From contig NC_088860.1 in assembly GCF_963853765.1 (NCBI RefSeq), forward strand, positions 29,760,001-29,824,000: a stretch of DNA of 64,000 bases. Direction: 5' to 3'. Origin of the DNA: Magallana gigas. Taxonomy: Eukaryota. The translations under genes and the position numbers were made by a program. Positions 1-10,114 of the stretch are shown here, piece by piece (position 1 is the stretch's first letter; every line of letters starts with the position of its first letter). The notes below the pieces were generated by a model that worked only from the letters and a program-made list of their open reading frames with translations, ran no database searches and was not told the origin of the DNA.

Positions 1-69
1 GCCAATTGGAAGCTGATTCAGTGGAATTATATGATAAAGGGGAAAAGCTGATTCAGTGGATAATTATAC

Positions 70-420
70 AATGTATGATCAAGGGAAAAACTACACAGAC
101 AGTCATATGGGGTACTCCGTCTCTTTTTCCAACTTGCATTTTAGCTGCAAAATATGTAAAACGCGTGTTTATAACTGGTTGTTTGGTATCAACAGAAAGA
201 TTAACGAGGCTGGGGATGGCTACCATTTTAAAGCGTTTTTATCTCTATACAAAAAAGATTTTCACTTTAATGTTCTATAACTCAAACAATGTACTGAAAT
301 TGTCTTTTGAAAGAAATTGATATGATGGTATTGAAGCATTATTAAAAGAGTCAATTGATGGTAAACCAAGGTTTACAAGATGCAAAAAAATTATTTCAGC
401 TGTTTTTCAGCATTTTCTAA
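70..420 (+). pseudogene. Degraded fragment resembling the C-terminal part of PML-C/DEDDh-exonuclease-like proteins found in invertebrate mobile elements
   Basis: Joining frames across an insertion and a stop gives ...GINRKINEAGDGYH..LKLSFERN*YDGIEALLKESIDGKPRFTRCKKIISAVFQHF, which resembles the LKLAFERxGxDG..LL.E...GKPRVT pattern I recall for this family. Recognised from memory, not by search. Confidence 0.4.
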
Positions 421-1680
421 CTTTTCAAAGGGAGGTAACTTGTAAAACTTCAAATATTTTGTTATAATTTTTTCCTTTTATTTTTTTTTTTTAATTTCAC
501 CATCGAAATTTTTTTAAAATGCTCAATCTTTATTACATATGTATTGATTATTATTATTATAAAATTTGGAAATAATCTTGTGGCTACCTTTTTTTTGTTT
601 TACATATTTGCATTTGTATGACATACATATTTTTTGGTAAAATTGTGATATTTTTCTTTATAACAAATAATGTTAAGTTTTTCTTATTGTGTTAATTTTT
701 TGTGAGGTTTTTTTTTTGCCTTTATTTATATTTCAAATATTTTTCATATTTTTTTTTTTTACATAACGTGCAATTTCTTCAAATGCAATAAATGATAAAA
801 TTAACGATGATTGTGATGTGGTCTTCCATATTAAAATGTAAATCAAGATTATATGAAACATTTCTGCAAATTTGGTGAATTTTGGAGAATTTTTTTTTGG
901 ACCCCCCAGCCTCCTTAAGAAAAGAAACAGACATTTATCACAAATTAGTTCAATCTTTGAAGTAGCAGCCTTGACAGTAAATCTTATGATCGACATCACC
1001 GCTTTAGTATATTGCGGGTCACTTTTCTGGTTTTTCAAATCAGGAGCTCAATTAATTCCGACAAAAATAATAATTTAAATATTGATTCGATATACCTCAA
1101 ACTGAAAGAGGTTGAAAATGTATAAATTAGGTCTACAATTAATAGGTTTTGTGAAAAAATATTTTCAGTTTTTGAAGCATTAAGGCCCATGCATATAAAA
1201 TTGCCTATTTATCATTATATCATCATACAGTTTGTCTATTTTCTTCGATTATTCAAGCCACAGAATTAATGAAAAATATTTAGCAGCGTTTTCAATAGAC
1301 ACAACTCCTCCATTTATGGAAGCAAAAGCAATAAATAAATATTAAAATATGATATTTTCTCTTCAAACTTGTAGCGTGTACATGCACTTCCCAAAGGCAG
1401 GAAGTTAAACAAAAGCACTACATTTTTGCAATAATCTGTTTTGTTTAAAGAAATTAATGAAATTGTTCATGACCAAATCGATGTTTAAAATTAAATTCAA
1501 GAACATGGATGTCAATTATTATGTAAATGTGCTTTTATGCAAGTTATATTGTAACATAAAATAAATGTAAATATCAATTGAGAGAAGATATGTTTTATTT
1601 ATTTCATTGTCAATTGTCCTTAACTTGAGGAACTGTGATATAGACTATAGCAATTAAGCAATTGTCTCACTTGGTCAAAT

Positions 1681-1738
1681 TCCCGTTTCGCACACATTTT
1701 TTCGACACCTAATTTTCAAATATGTGCAAAACGGGAAC
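1681..1738. repeat. Imperfect inverted repeat (about 20-bp arms)
   Basis: ttcccgtttcgcacacattt ... aaatatgtgcaaaacgggaa; probably internal to a degraded DNA element. Confidence 0.6.
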
Positions 1739-2379
1739 AAACCATTTTAAAAATTATTGGTACTTGAATATTACCAATTTGTTTTTATTTTTTCTCAATC
1801 AAGATTTGCAAAATAATAATCAATAAATCTGGAAATCATGTGGATTTTTTGGATTTTACAATCTTGGGCATGCGCATTACATTCACGCTAAATCACGGGA
1901 GGCTCTTTAGATATCACATTTGCATGGATAAACTCAGAAACGATATTACAAATACGTGTAAATTTTCATTGAAAATTTGTCATATATTCTGTTCATCAAA
2001 GGAAATACGGGAGATAAGGTTAACTCATTGCATTTAGTATGAAAAATCCCAATAGTTCCGAATGTCAACATGGAAGCGAGTAAAAATAACCGTTGGTAAA
2101 AAAGTGTTAAATTCTTCATTAGTATGAATTTAACTTTTAGATGAAAGGTATTAAAGTTTATACAGCCTCAAATGGTTTGTTATGAAAAATTTGACTGTTA
2201 TTTTCAATACAGGTTCATTAATTTTTTTCAGTGAAATTAATAGCGTTTTTGTAGGCTTGGTTATGTAAATGTCAACAACACTGTGTATCGATGTATCTAC
2301 ATGCATTTCTTAAATGTCCAATATCATATGCAATGTCAACCCTTGCACGCACGTGTCAAAGTCTAGTAAAGTGTAAATC

Positions 2380-2525
2380 TTACAAATTAAAATATAAAAT
2401 TTACAGGTCAAATTGTAAAATTTACAGAATGTGTAAATTTTACATATTAAAGTGTAAAACTTACAGATTAAAGTGTAAAATATACAGATTAAAATGTAAA
2501 ATATACAGATTAAAGTGTAGAAAAT
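2380..2525. repeat. 21-bp degenerate tandem repeat (about 7 units)
   Basis: Unit approximately AAGTGTAAAATATACAGATTA; it produces the spurious KCKIYRL-repeat ORF at 2291-2530. Confidence 0.8.
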
Positions 2526-2595
2526 ACTAAAATGTGAAGTGCATATGTGACACTAATACGTCACCGTCAATCGGTGAGTGGACAGAAAAAAAACC

Positions 2596-3411
2596 CTAGA
2601 GGAAATGTGAGCAAGCTCACAATGGATACCCCCGCTAAGAAAAATCATAACTGTATTTTTTCCAATATAGAAAATAATGGATGAATCTACTCTATTTTTT
2701 AAAACTGTTAATGCAAATATGAGTACACAAACCAATTTCTATTCTCTAAATTCCATTTTATTTCAAGTTGACTGTTAATGCATGAGAACATTTGCATCCT
2801 TATGTTAACAAACATGACTCGAATCAAACGAAAATCCACATGTCAAGCAGCTATTTATTATAAAAATTTTGAATTATTAGTATACTAAGCCCGATTTTTT
2901 TCCGAATTTTTTTCCCCACACATTTTTTTTTCCAAAAAAAAAAGAAATACATCAGGGCAGGCCATTTTCAGAAAGACGGGGATTATAATCTAAAAAATAA
3001 TTTTATGTGGCCTGAGACAAGCTTTAGCTTCTTATTATTTCCATTAATACAAGACATGACACAAACAGGAATTAAGCATTTTTTAAACAATGACCTTGGG
3101 TCAAGGTCATGACACACCTTCAAGTTATAAGCAATCTCTGTGTGAAGAAAGAACATTCAATGCGTCTCCATAAGAAATATATGGACCGGACACGAATTGT
3201 GTACTTTTTCTGCAAGTGACCTTGCCCAAATGACCTTGGTTCAAGGTCATGACACACCCTTAGGTCATAAGAAATCTTTGTTTGAAGTAACAACTTCCAA
3301 TGTTTCTCCATAAGAAAGATATGGACCGGGCACGAATTTTGCACAGACAGACGGACGGGCGGACAAGGTGATTCCTATATACCCCCAAACTTCGTTTGCG
3401 GGGGGTATAAT
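2596..3411 (+). mobile_element. Pearl/CvA-like non-autonomous Helentron-type element (HINE), apparently full length
   Basis: 5' hairpin TGTGAGCAAGCTCACA (2606-2621); subterminal inverted repeats ATACCCCCGC (2626-2635) and GCGGGGGGTAT (3398-3408); about 140-bp core repeated twice (TGACCTTGG.TCAAGGTCATGACACACC at 3091 and 3231); ACAG/ACGG microsatellite; 3' hairpin CCCCCAAACTTCGTTTGCGGGGGG. Confidence 0.75.
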
Positions 3412-3576
3412 AACATTTATGTATATTATCAATACCCATGTTTTACAAAATGTCATATGAGTGCACAGCATTTTGATGCGGCTTTTAAGTGTTTATCTAT
3501 CTCTGCATATGTCCTTGTCATGAATTACAATATGATAAACAAACTGATAACAGTTGACCAATTCATCTTACTAGAT

Positions 3577-3598
3577 TTTCATGTTTCTACTTTCGTTT
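3577..3598. promoter_or_regulatory. ISRE/IRF-like TTTC array upstream of the first coding exon of the IFI44-like gene
   Basis: TTTCATGTTTCTACTTTCGTTT (reverse strand AAACGAAAGTAGAAACATGAAA) about 50-70 bp before ATG 3649. Motif match only. Confidence 0.35.
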
Positions 3599-3648
3599 AA
3601 TGAAATTGACTGAAAAAAGCTTCTTGATATCAATAAAGGCTGTCAGCA

Positions 3649-6600
3649 ATGGGTAAGTCAGAATTTTTGATTTGTTTTTGTTGATAGATAGATTTTAAAA
3701 GAATGTACACTATGTGAGATTTTTACAAACGACCAAAGCTCAAGTCAAGACAAATTTACAGGTCAGGACACAGAGAATACGATATTTATTAAAATTAATA
3801 ATGCCATGAATTCGGGTATGTGACAATTTTCATTTTGTAGGAAAAGTATTAGTTTTTAAAATAAATGATGGAATGGGGGAATATTTTAAAGAATATAGCA
3901 ACACCAGGAAAAATTGTAGGGGTGGGTGTTGATTTTTTATGTAGAGTAACATCTACTGCCGGTCGCTGTAAGTGGTAAACAACTGCAAATTTGACCTATA
4001 AACGCCACGGGACCCTATACTAGTCTTTTTTGTCATATCCTGAAAGGTCTTGAATTGAAGTTTCAAATGATACCAAAGATTTGACTGAAACTATTATAGT
4101 AATTAAAGTACTGAGAGGTCATAATGTTCGTATTGAGTTCTATGGGAAAATACTAATAAATAAGTAATTGGTAGGCTTTTCCCATAATCCACATGTCAAG
4201 CAGCCATTGACTGTTTTAGATTTTTGTGTATACCGAGCCCGATTTTGTTTCCGAGTTTTTTTCCGCACATTTTTTTTAAAAAAAATGATAAATCGGAGCG
4301 GGCTATATTAAGAGGGCCGGGCGGGGATAAAAATTTAAAAAGGTATGGACCAGACACGAATTTTGCACTCATCAAGTGATCTTGACAAATGACCTTGGGT
4401 CAAGGTCATGTCACACTCTAACTTGAAGGTCATAAGCAATCAATGTGTGAAGGAAAAACTTCCAATGCTAATCGATAAGAAAGATTTGAATCGGACACTA
4501 ATTTTGCACAGACATACAGACGGACGAACAAGTTGATTCCTATATATCCCCACCTGTAAATCGTTTGCCGGGGGTATACTTATACAGGAAAAAAAACCAT
4601 CTCCTAGCGTTAATTTTGATTTATGTATATTATTTGTACACAGCATACTCATTTGTCTTTCGTTAAGTGCTTTTTTGGCAACGTACTTTGATAACACTTT
4701 GAATTTATCTTGAACGTGCCTTAAATATGGGAATTTATCAACGCATTTCAAACTTTTATTCAACGTGCATTATGAAGATACGTCAACATTTTTAAACATC
4801 GAGACACTTAAAAAAGTATGTTTAAGGTAGTCCATCCATAACTGAGGTGAATTTAACAATTTTGATTGATATGAACTTAATTGAATATCTATTCTAGAAT
4901 TATTATGAGGCCGACATAAATCAAACTCGGGAATATGTATGCAGTCGATTGAATGAACTTTTTGCACTTTAAATTTTTTTAAAGAGTTGTCTGCCCCTTG
5001 CAAAAATTAAAAAAATTCAATTATTAAAAATATGTACGGTAAATAATGAATTTTTTTAGCATTGTGAAAGAAAATGAAAGCTTTTGCAACTTTTTACCAA
5101 GAGATTTGTGAGAAAATTATTTGTACAATAAAAATATATTCAAAAATACATTTGTCCCATAAACCTCAATGTTAACTTCAAGATGGGCTAAATTTGTTAA
5201 CATTCAAAATTTTCAAAAAGTTTAAAGATGAATCTTTACTATTAAATAAACCCCTTAAATTCACACTAAGATATTAGTAATCAAACTTGCAATCTATTAG
5301 ATAAGAAATATGATAGTTATGGATGGACTACCTTAACTCACAAATTTGGGGATTTAATTTTTAATATTAGTTTCATTGTACAACCTTAAAAAATATAATC
5401 AGCTAAAAAAATAAACATTATTGTTCTTTTAAAACCAAATCTTAGTGTCTTTATCAATATTTAAAACAATTACTCAGCAACTTTTAAATGAAATGACACT
5501 ATAGTATGTCCCAAGATATTTATGCAGCATATTTAAACGATTTTTGAGAAAACACACATACTTGTGAGAGAAGTGCAATTAATATTGAAATCGATGAAAG
5601 AGAAAATTTCAAAGATATCTTCATCGACACATTATCTTTATTTTTTTACCAAGAAAAATTCACAGGAGCAAAAACCGATTTCATGCGGAGATTTATAATG
5701 AGGAATGTTGACATCTTTCCTCTTTTCGAAAGTCACTCGGGACATCTTTTCTCTGTTCGAAAGTCACTCGGAATACCTTTATCAATTATTCAACGTTATC
5801 ATCCGGGTACTTTGATCTCTTTTGCAATGGAAAATCCCCGTAGACTTTTCATTTTCAGCCGTATATTGAAAACTGACAAGCAAGAGGGGGCGTTTTAAAG
5901 AGAGAATCTCTTCATGCTATTGATCGAACATCGTTTGTACCCAGAGTTATCTATAAATAGAACAATTTAAGATGTTCCGCATAAATATCGTGGGACAGAC
6001 TATAGAAACAATAGTAAACATTTATAATATCATATTATGATGGGAGCATAAAAAACCTGAAAGTGAAAATTAACATTTACAGATATCATACAGAGAATAG
6101 ATAATTTAAAAATGGAAGACGAGGCCTGGGAGCTTCTCAAAAGTAATCTACGTGACCTCGAAGAACCAAAAAACGTACTGCTAGTGGGGAGTTTTGGTGC
6201 AGGGAAATCCTCATTTATAAACACCATTATAACAGCATTAACGGGGAAGTACGATTATTATGCTGACATAGGAAGTGGCAGTAAACACAGCACTACTAGA
6301 ATTAAGAGGTACCAATCTTCAACAGTTTTTTAAAAGATCACTTTATTTTTCAAGTACTATAATTGTTTGACATACTAAGTTAAATGCAAATGAAAAGATA
6401 GGTTAAAAGCTGTTTGAATGTTTGAATGTTTTTACAACACTGGCGTCGGAAGCAAATTGAAAGTGGGGGGGGGGGGGGCTAGACTCATCCTCTGAAATAT
6501 TGAGAAAAAAGTAATTCCCAAAATCATGGAAATCCTAATCCGTGGGGGGGGGATACCTATACTTCCCGTAAAACAAAAAAAAATTACTTACCCAACAATT

Positions 6601-9176
6601 ATTTTTTCGAAAATCAAGAAATTCCTAATCCGTGGGGGGGGGGGGGGGGGGGGGGTAAGATGCTTCTGAATCCAACTTTTCAATTTTTCAAGGTAAATTT
6701 AGAAACAATAATCTTTCCTGCGAGAAAAAGTGTGGGGGGGGGGGGCTGAACCCTCTATTATGTTATGTTTCTAATGGTAAGGTATAAATTTGCAAAAAAA
6801 GTGGGGGCCTAGCCCCCCCGGTTCCGACGCCTATGTACAATGTAATTCAAAAATTGGTTGAGAAACATTAAGAGAATCTTGCCGTGCATTGGAGCTTTAC
6901 ATACACGCAGGATATCGAGTATAAACTACTGGCGCCCTAAAGACGAGGTTGACAAAGAACTGAAACTCCCAACGTTCATCGACATCATCGGATTGGATCC
7001 TCAGCTGTCGACATCAGAGGATGATCGCACGATCAACAGTCAGATACTGAACCTGGTCATTAACGGACAACTTCCAGAGAACGCCGACCTACTGGATCTA
7101 GGCAAGAATCTGAGGGAAGGGAAACAAATCAAAGAAAGCACGGATGGCAAGACGCCCCCTGTAGACGCCATCATTGCTGTAGTGTCCGCAGAAAATCTAA
7201 ATGGAGCCATTCCTCAGACTCTAATTGACGAAATTTATGTGGAAGCGAACATGAGAAAGAAACGTAATATATTACATTTTTATATACGAGGGGCGTTCAA
7301 TAAAGAACGTCATCGTCGTTACAAAAATATTGTATACTTGAATTCGTCCAGACACAGTTGTGTTTAAAAAAAAATATATGAGACATTGACATTTTCATTC
7401 GCCCGCTGGCAACGAGGATGAAAAGGGCGAAAATAAAACAGGGGCGAATATGTCCCTGTATACAGTAACACAATAAGATTTTTTTGTTATGTTTTATTGG
7501 TTACCTTCAAAGTACTCAGAACGTCAACTGATTTATCCAAGTTTTGAATGCATTCATATAATGTTTTTATGAACTGTATTCATGTACTGACGAATGGCTG
7601 AGTTCAAAGCATTCCTTGGGAAGCATATCTTCTTCCTGACAAGTGCTTTTTAATTTAGGAAAAAGAAAAAAGTTACAGGGAGAGTCAAGTCGGGTGAATA
7701 GGGAGGATTAGGCAAAACAAGAACCTTTTTTCTAAAATTGATCTCACAATCTCGGATAACTTAGCTGGGGCGTTGTCATGAAGAAGTCAAATGTTGCGAA
7801 TTCCAGACTTTAGTCTCTTCCCTTCGTAATATTTCTAAACTTCTTAAGCACATAGTTTTTGAATACATGTCCGGTGATTGAACGGCCTTTTGGAATAGCA
7901 ACTTGAAATTCAGAGCCAGGAGGCTCAAAATAACGTATCCATGTTTCATTACAATTGTTGTAGATTTTAAGTAGTCTTTTACACGTTTCAACCCGCAATC
8001 GTATTTGTTTTTCTATTAATAGATGAGGTATCCATATTCCACTAACTTTTCGGGTGCCAAGGTGTTTCTTTGAAATTATAAATACTGCCTCCTATGAAAC
8101 GTCCATCATTAATAATGATATCGGTAATTTTTGCAAGCATTGCATCCATTGTAGCCGTACGAGGTGCTCCAGGACGTTGCTTATCCCTACGATCTGTTTG
8201 GCCATTTTTGAATTTGCTGACTCACCTCTAAACATGTCTCAATTACATACATTTGTTTCCATACACATCACACCGTTCTTCAAAAATTTCTTTCGAGTCT
8301 TTAGCTAGCCTGACACATGCTTTTATGTAGCCTCTAATTTCAGCCTTTTGGATGATGACTTGCCAGTCATTTTTTTTATACATGGTCTCGAGAAGGAGTA
8401 TTCGATGATTAAACGTGGTCAGATAGACGGCCATAAATAGAATATGAACCAAATTATACGTAAAAAGAAATTCACGGGTCAATTAAACCCTGTATTTGAT
8501 GAAATATGATTAGTGACATTATTGATTGAACGCCCCTCGTATGTATATACATATGAAATTACAATATGTAGAACAGTCAGACCCATAAATATGCCACTTA
8601 CAATAACTCTCTTCTTTCAGAGATACCTGTGTTTGCTGTTGTCACTAAGATTGATAAGTGTGACTTATCACAGCAGAATCTAGAACGAAAAAAGAATGAG
8701 CTTTGTGAAGCAATAAACATTACACCAGACAAACTTCTATTGTGTAGTAATTACCAACCTGATCCAGAACAAGATATTGAGAAAGATATTGATATCTTAA
8801 AGTTTTTGATCAAGGTAAATAACTCGTTAATCTTTTTGTGTATTCAAACATAAAACAAATCAACGCAAAAACTTTTAAAGTTACATCATAAAATTCATAA
8901 TTTGTAGCTTTTTGTCGCAAGCTTTGATAAGCATAGTTCTGTACCTTTAAGGTTTGCAGCCCTCATCTCCAGGCCGTGGAACTAGAGAAGATAGAATTCG
9001 AGGCACCGCCACCAATACCGGCGCTTGCCGCTTTGTACAATACCATTTTAGATGACAGATACACCTATATCAGAGTCCAAGCTCTGAAGGTGGCAGTTGC
9101 TGTTCTTGTGGTTGCATTCTTTCTTAGCCTCATCATGAATCTTTGGTACAAAATGAAGAGTTACACTGTGTCGTAA
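3649..9176 (+). CDS. IFI44L-like: IFI44-like P-loop GTPase-family protein with a C-terminal transmembrane tail, 333 aa
   Basis: Exons 3649-3652 (ATGG|gtaagt), 6083-6308, 6911-7263, 8621-8814, 8952-9176; all GT-AG, phases 1/2/1/0 close, 1002 nt in total. Motifs: VLLVGSFGAGKSSFINT (Walker A as in IFI44), FIDIIG (G3), VVTKID (G4), LLCSNY..D.DIL. Ends with hydrophobic AVAVLVVAFFLSLIMNLWY then KMKSYTVS. Exon 1 is less certain than exons 2-5; Met 6112 is an alternative start. Confidence 0.85.
4186..4578 (+). mobile_element. Second, 5'-truncated Pearl/CvA-like HINE copy in intron 1 of the IFI44-like gene
   Basis: Diverged direct copy of 2833-3410 (AATCCACATGTCAAGCAG, TGACCTTGGGTCAAGGTCATG, GACAGACGGACG-like tract, 3' CCCC...GGGGGTATA hairpin). 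Confidence 0.7.
5829..5959 (+). promoter_or_regulatory. NF-kB site, ISRE-like site and TATA box: candidate intronic enhancer or alternative promoter
   Basis: GGAAAATCCCC 5829-5839 (reverse GGGGATTTTCC); ACTTTTCATTTTC 5844-5856 (reverse GAAAATGAAAAGT); TATAAATA 5952-5959. Confidence 0.45.
6438..6835. mobile_element. MITE with 14-bp imperfect TIRs and a 5-bp TSD, in intron 2 of the IFI44-like gene
   Basis: Left end CACTGGCGTCGGAA, right end TTCCGACGCCTATG; TACAA duplicated at 6433-6437 and 6836-6840; several internal poly-G runs. Confidence 0.85.
7287..8539 (-). mobile_element. Tc1/mariner (mariner-type) DNA transposon, 1253 bp, with a dead transposase
   Basis: TIRs CGAGGGGCGTTCAAT / ATTGAACGCCCCTCG with TA TSD (7285-7286, 8540-8541); minus-strand transposase remnants inside. 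Confidence 0.9.
7494..8383 (-). pseudogene. Frameshifted, internally deleted mariner transposase
   Basis: Remnant motifs EIRGYIKACVRL..DVYG, ETWIRYFEP, LLHDNAP, PPYSPDL, NALNSAIRQY and EYFEG* spread over several frames. Confidence 0.85.
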
Positions 9177-9222
9177 CCGAGCAACAAAATATTGTTTGCG
9201 ATTTGTTCTTACGATTTTTTTA

Positions 9223-9228
9223 AATAAA
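9223..9228 (+). terminator. Candidate polyadenylation signal of the IFI44-like gene
   Basis: AATAAA about 45 nt after stop 9176. Confidence 0.45.
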
Positions 9229-9910
9229 ATATTTCGTAAATGACTGTTAAATAATAATTTGTATTTATCTATAATCAAGTTTAAACTTACGTCTTGATTT
9301 AAAAAAAAAATTCATCTTTGCTTAACTATGTACGTGCAATTCAAAAAACTCAAAATGCATTTAAATTTCGGTGCTTTTCCTACTTTAATAGAATAGTTGC
9401 TTTGATTAAAGTTATGTCATGTAGAGAAACTCTTTCCTCTTGATCATAAACCTCAGTTGTTGCACGTGCTCCAAAATGAAATTAGTTTTGAAAATCATAA
9501 CAGATGTATATAAGTGTGTGTTAAAAAAGTTCCCAATGGCAGATATATCTGAGACTGTATACCTATATATGGTAACAAAATATACTAACCCTATAGATAA
9601 ACCGCTTTGGAATCATTAACATTCGTGGGGGCCACTTTTCGTGGATTTATTAAATTTAAGAGGTTCGTGGGGACGTGATTTAGTTTATTATCTTATACTT
9701 ACTAAAGATATATGACTTTGCAACCCTAATTATTTAATTTGTGGAGGATGTTTATTCGTGGATGAGAGGTACATGTACCCACAAAAATGAACTACATGTA
9801 GATCCATATCGCCCTGACTGTATAGATCTACGTATCCAGAAATGACATATTCAATGTTTATCACAGTAATGATTGGGTGCCTATTTTACTCGATGTTCAT
9901 AACAGTACTG

Positions 9911-9916
9911 TTTATT
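9911..9916 (-). terminator. Candidate polyadenylation signal of PGRP
   Basis: TTTATT on + (AATAAA on -) about 200 nt after stop 10115. Confidence 0.35.
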
Positions 9917-10114
9917 TAAAAATAAAACTGAGTGATATGACATGACTAAAGACACATTTCTTGGCAGTGGTTCATTCTGTCTATTGTAGATTGTTTAAAA
10001 TGTCATTCATCAAATTGGTTTGAAACATATATACATTTCAATCATAAAGAAACAGAGAAAAAGAGAAAAAAAACCCACGCATTTCTTCCAATTTAATAAT
10101 TTCCGAGAATACAT

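Noticed and set aside
2291-2530. ORF with KCKIYRL repeats
   Set aside because: Translation of a 21-bp tandem repeat; no splice or homology support.
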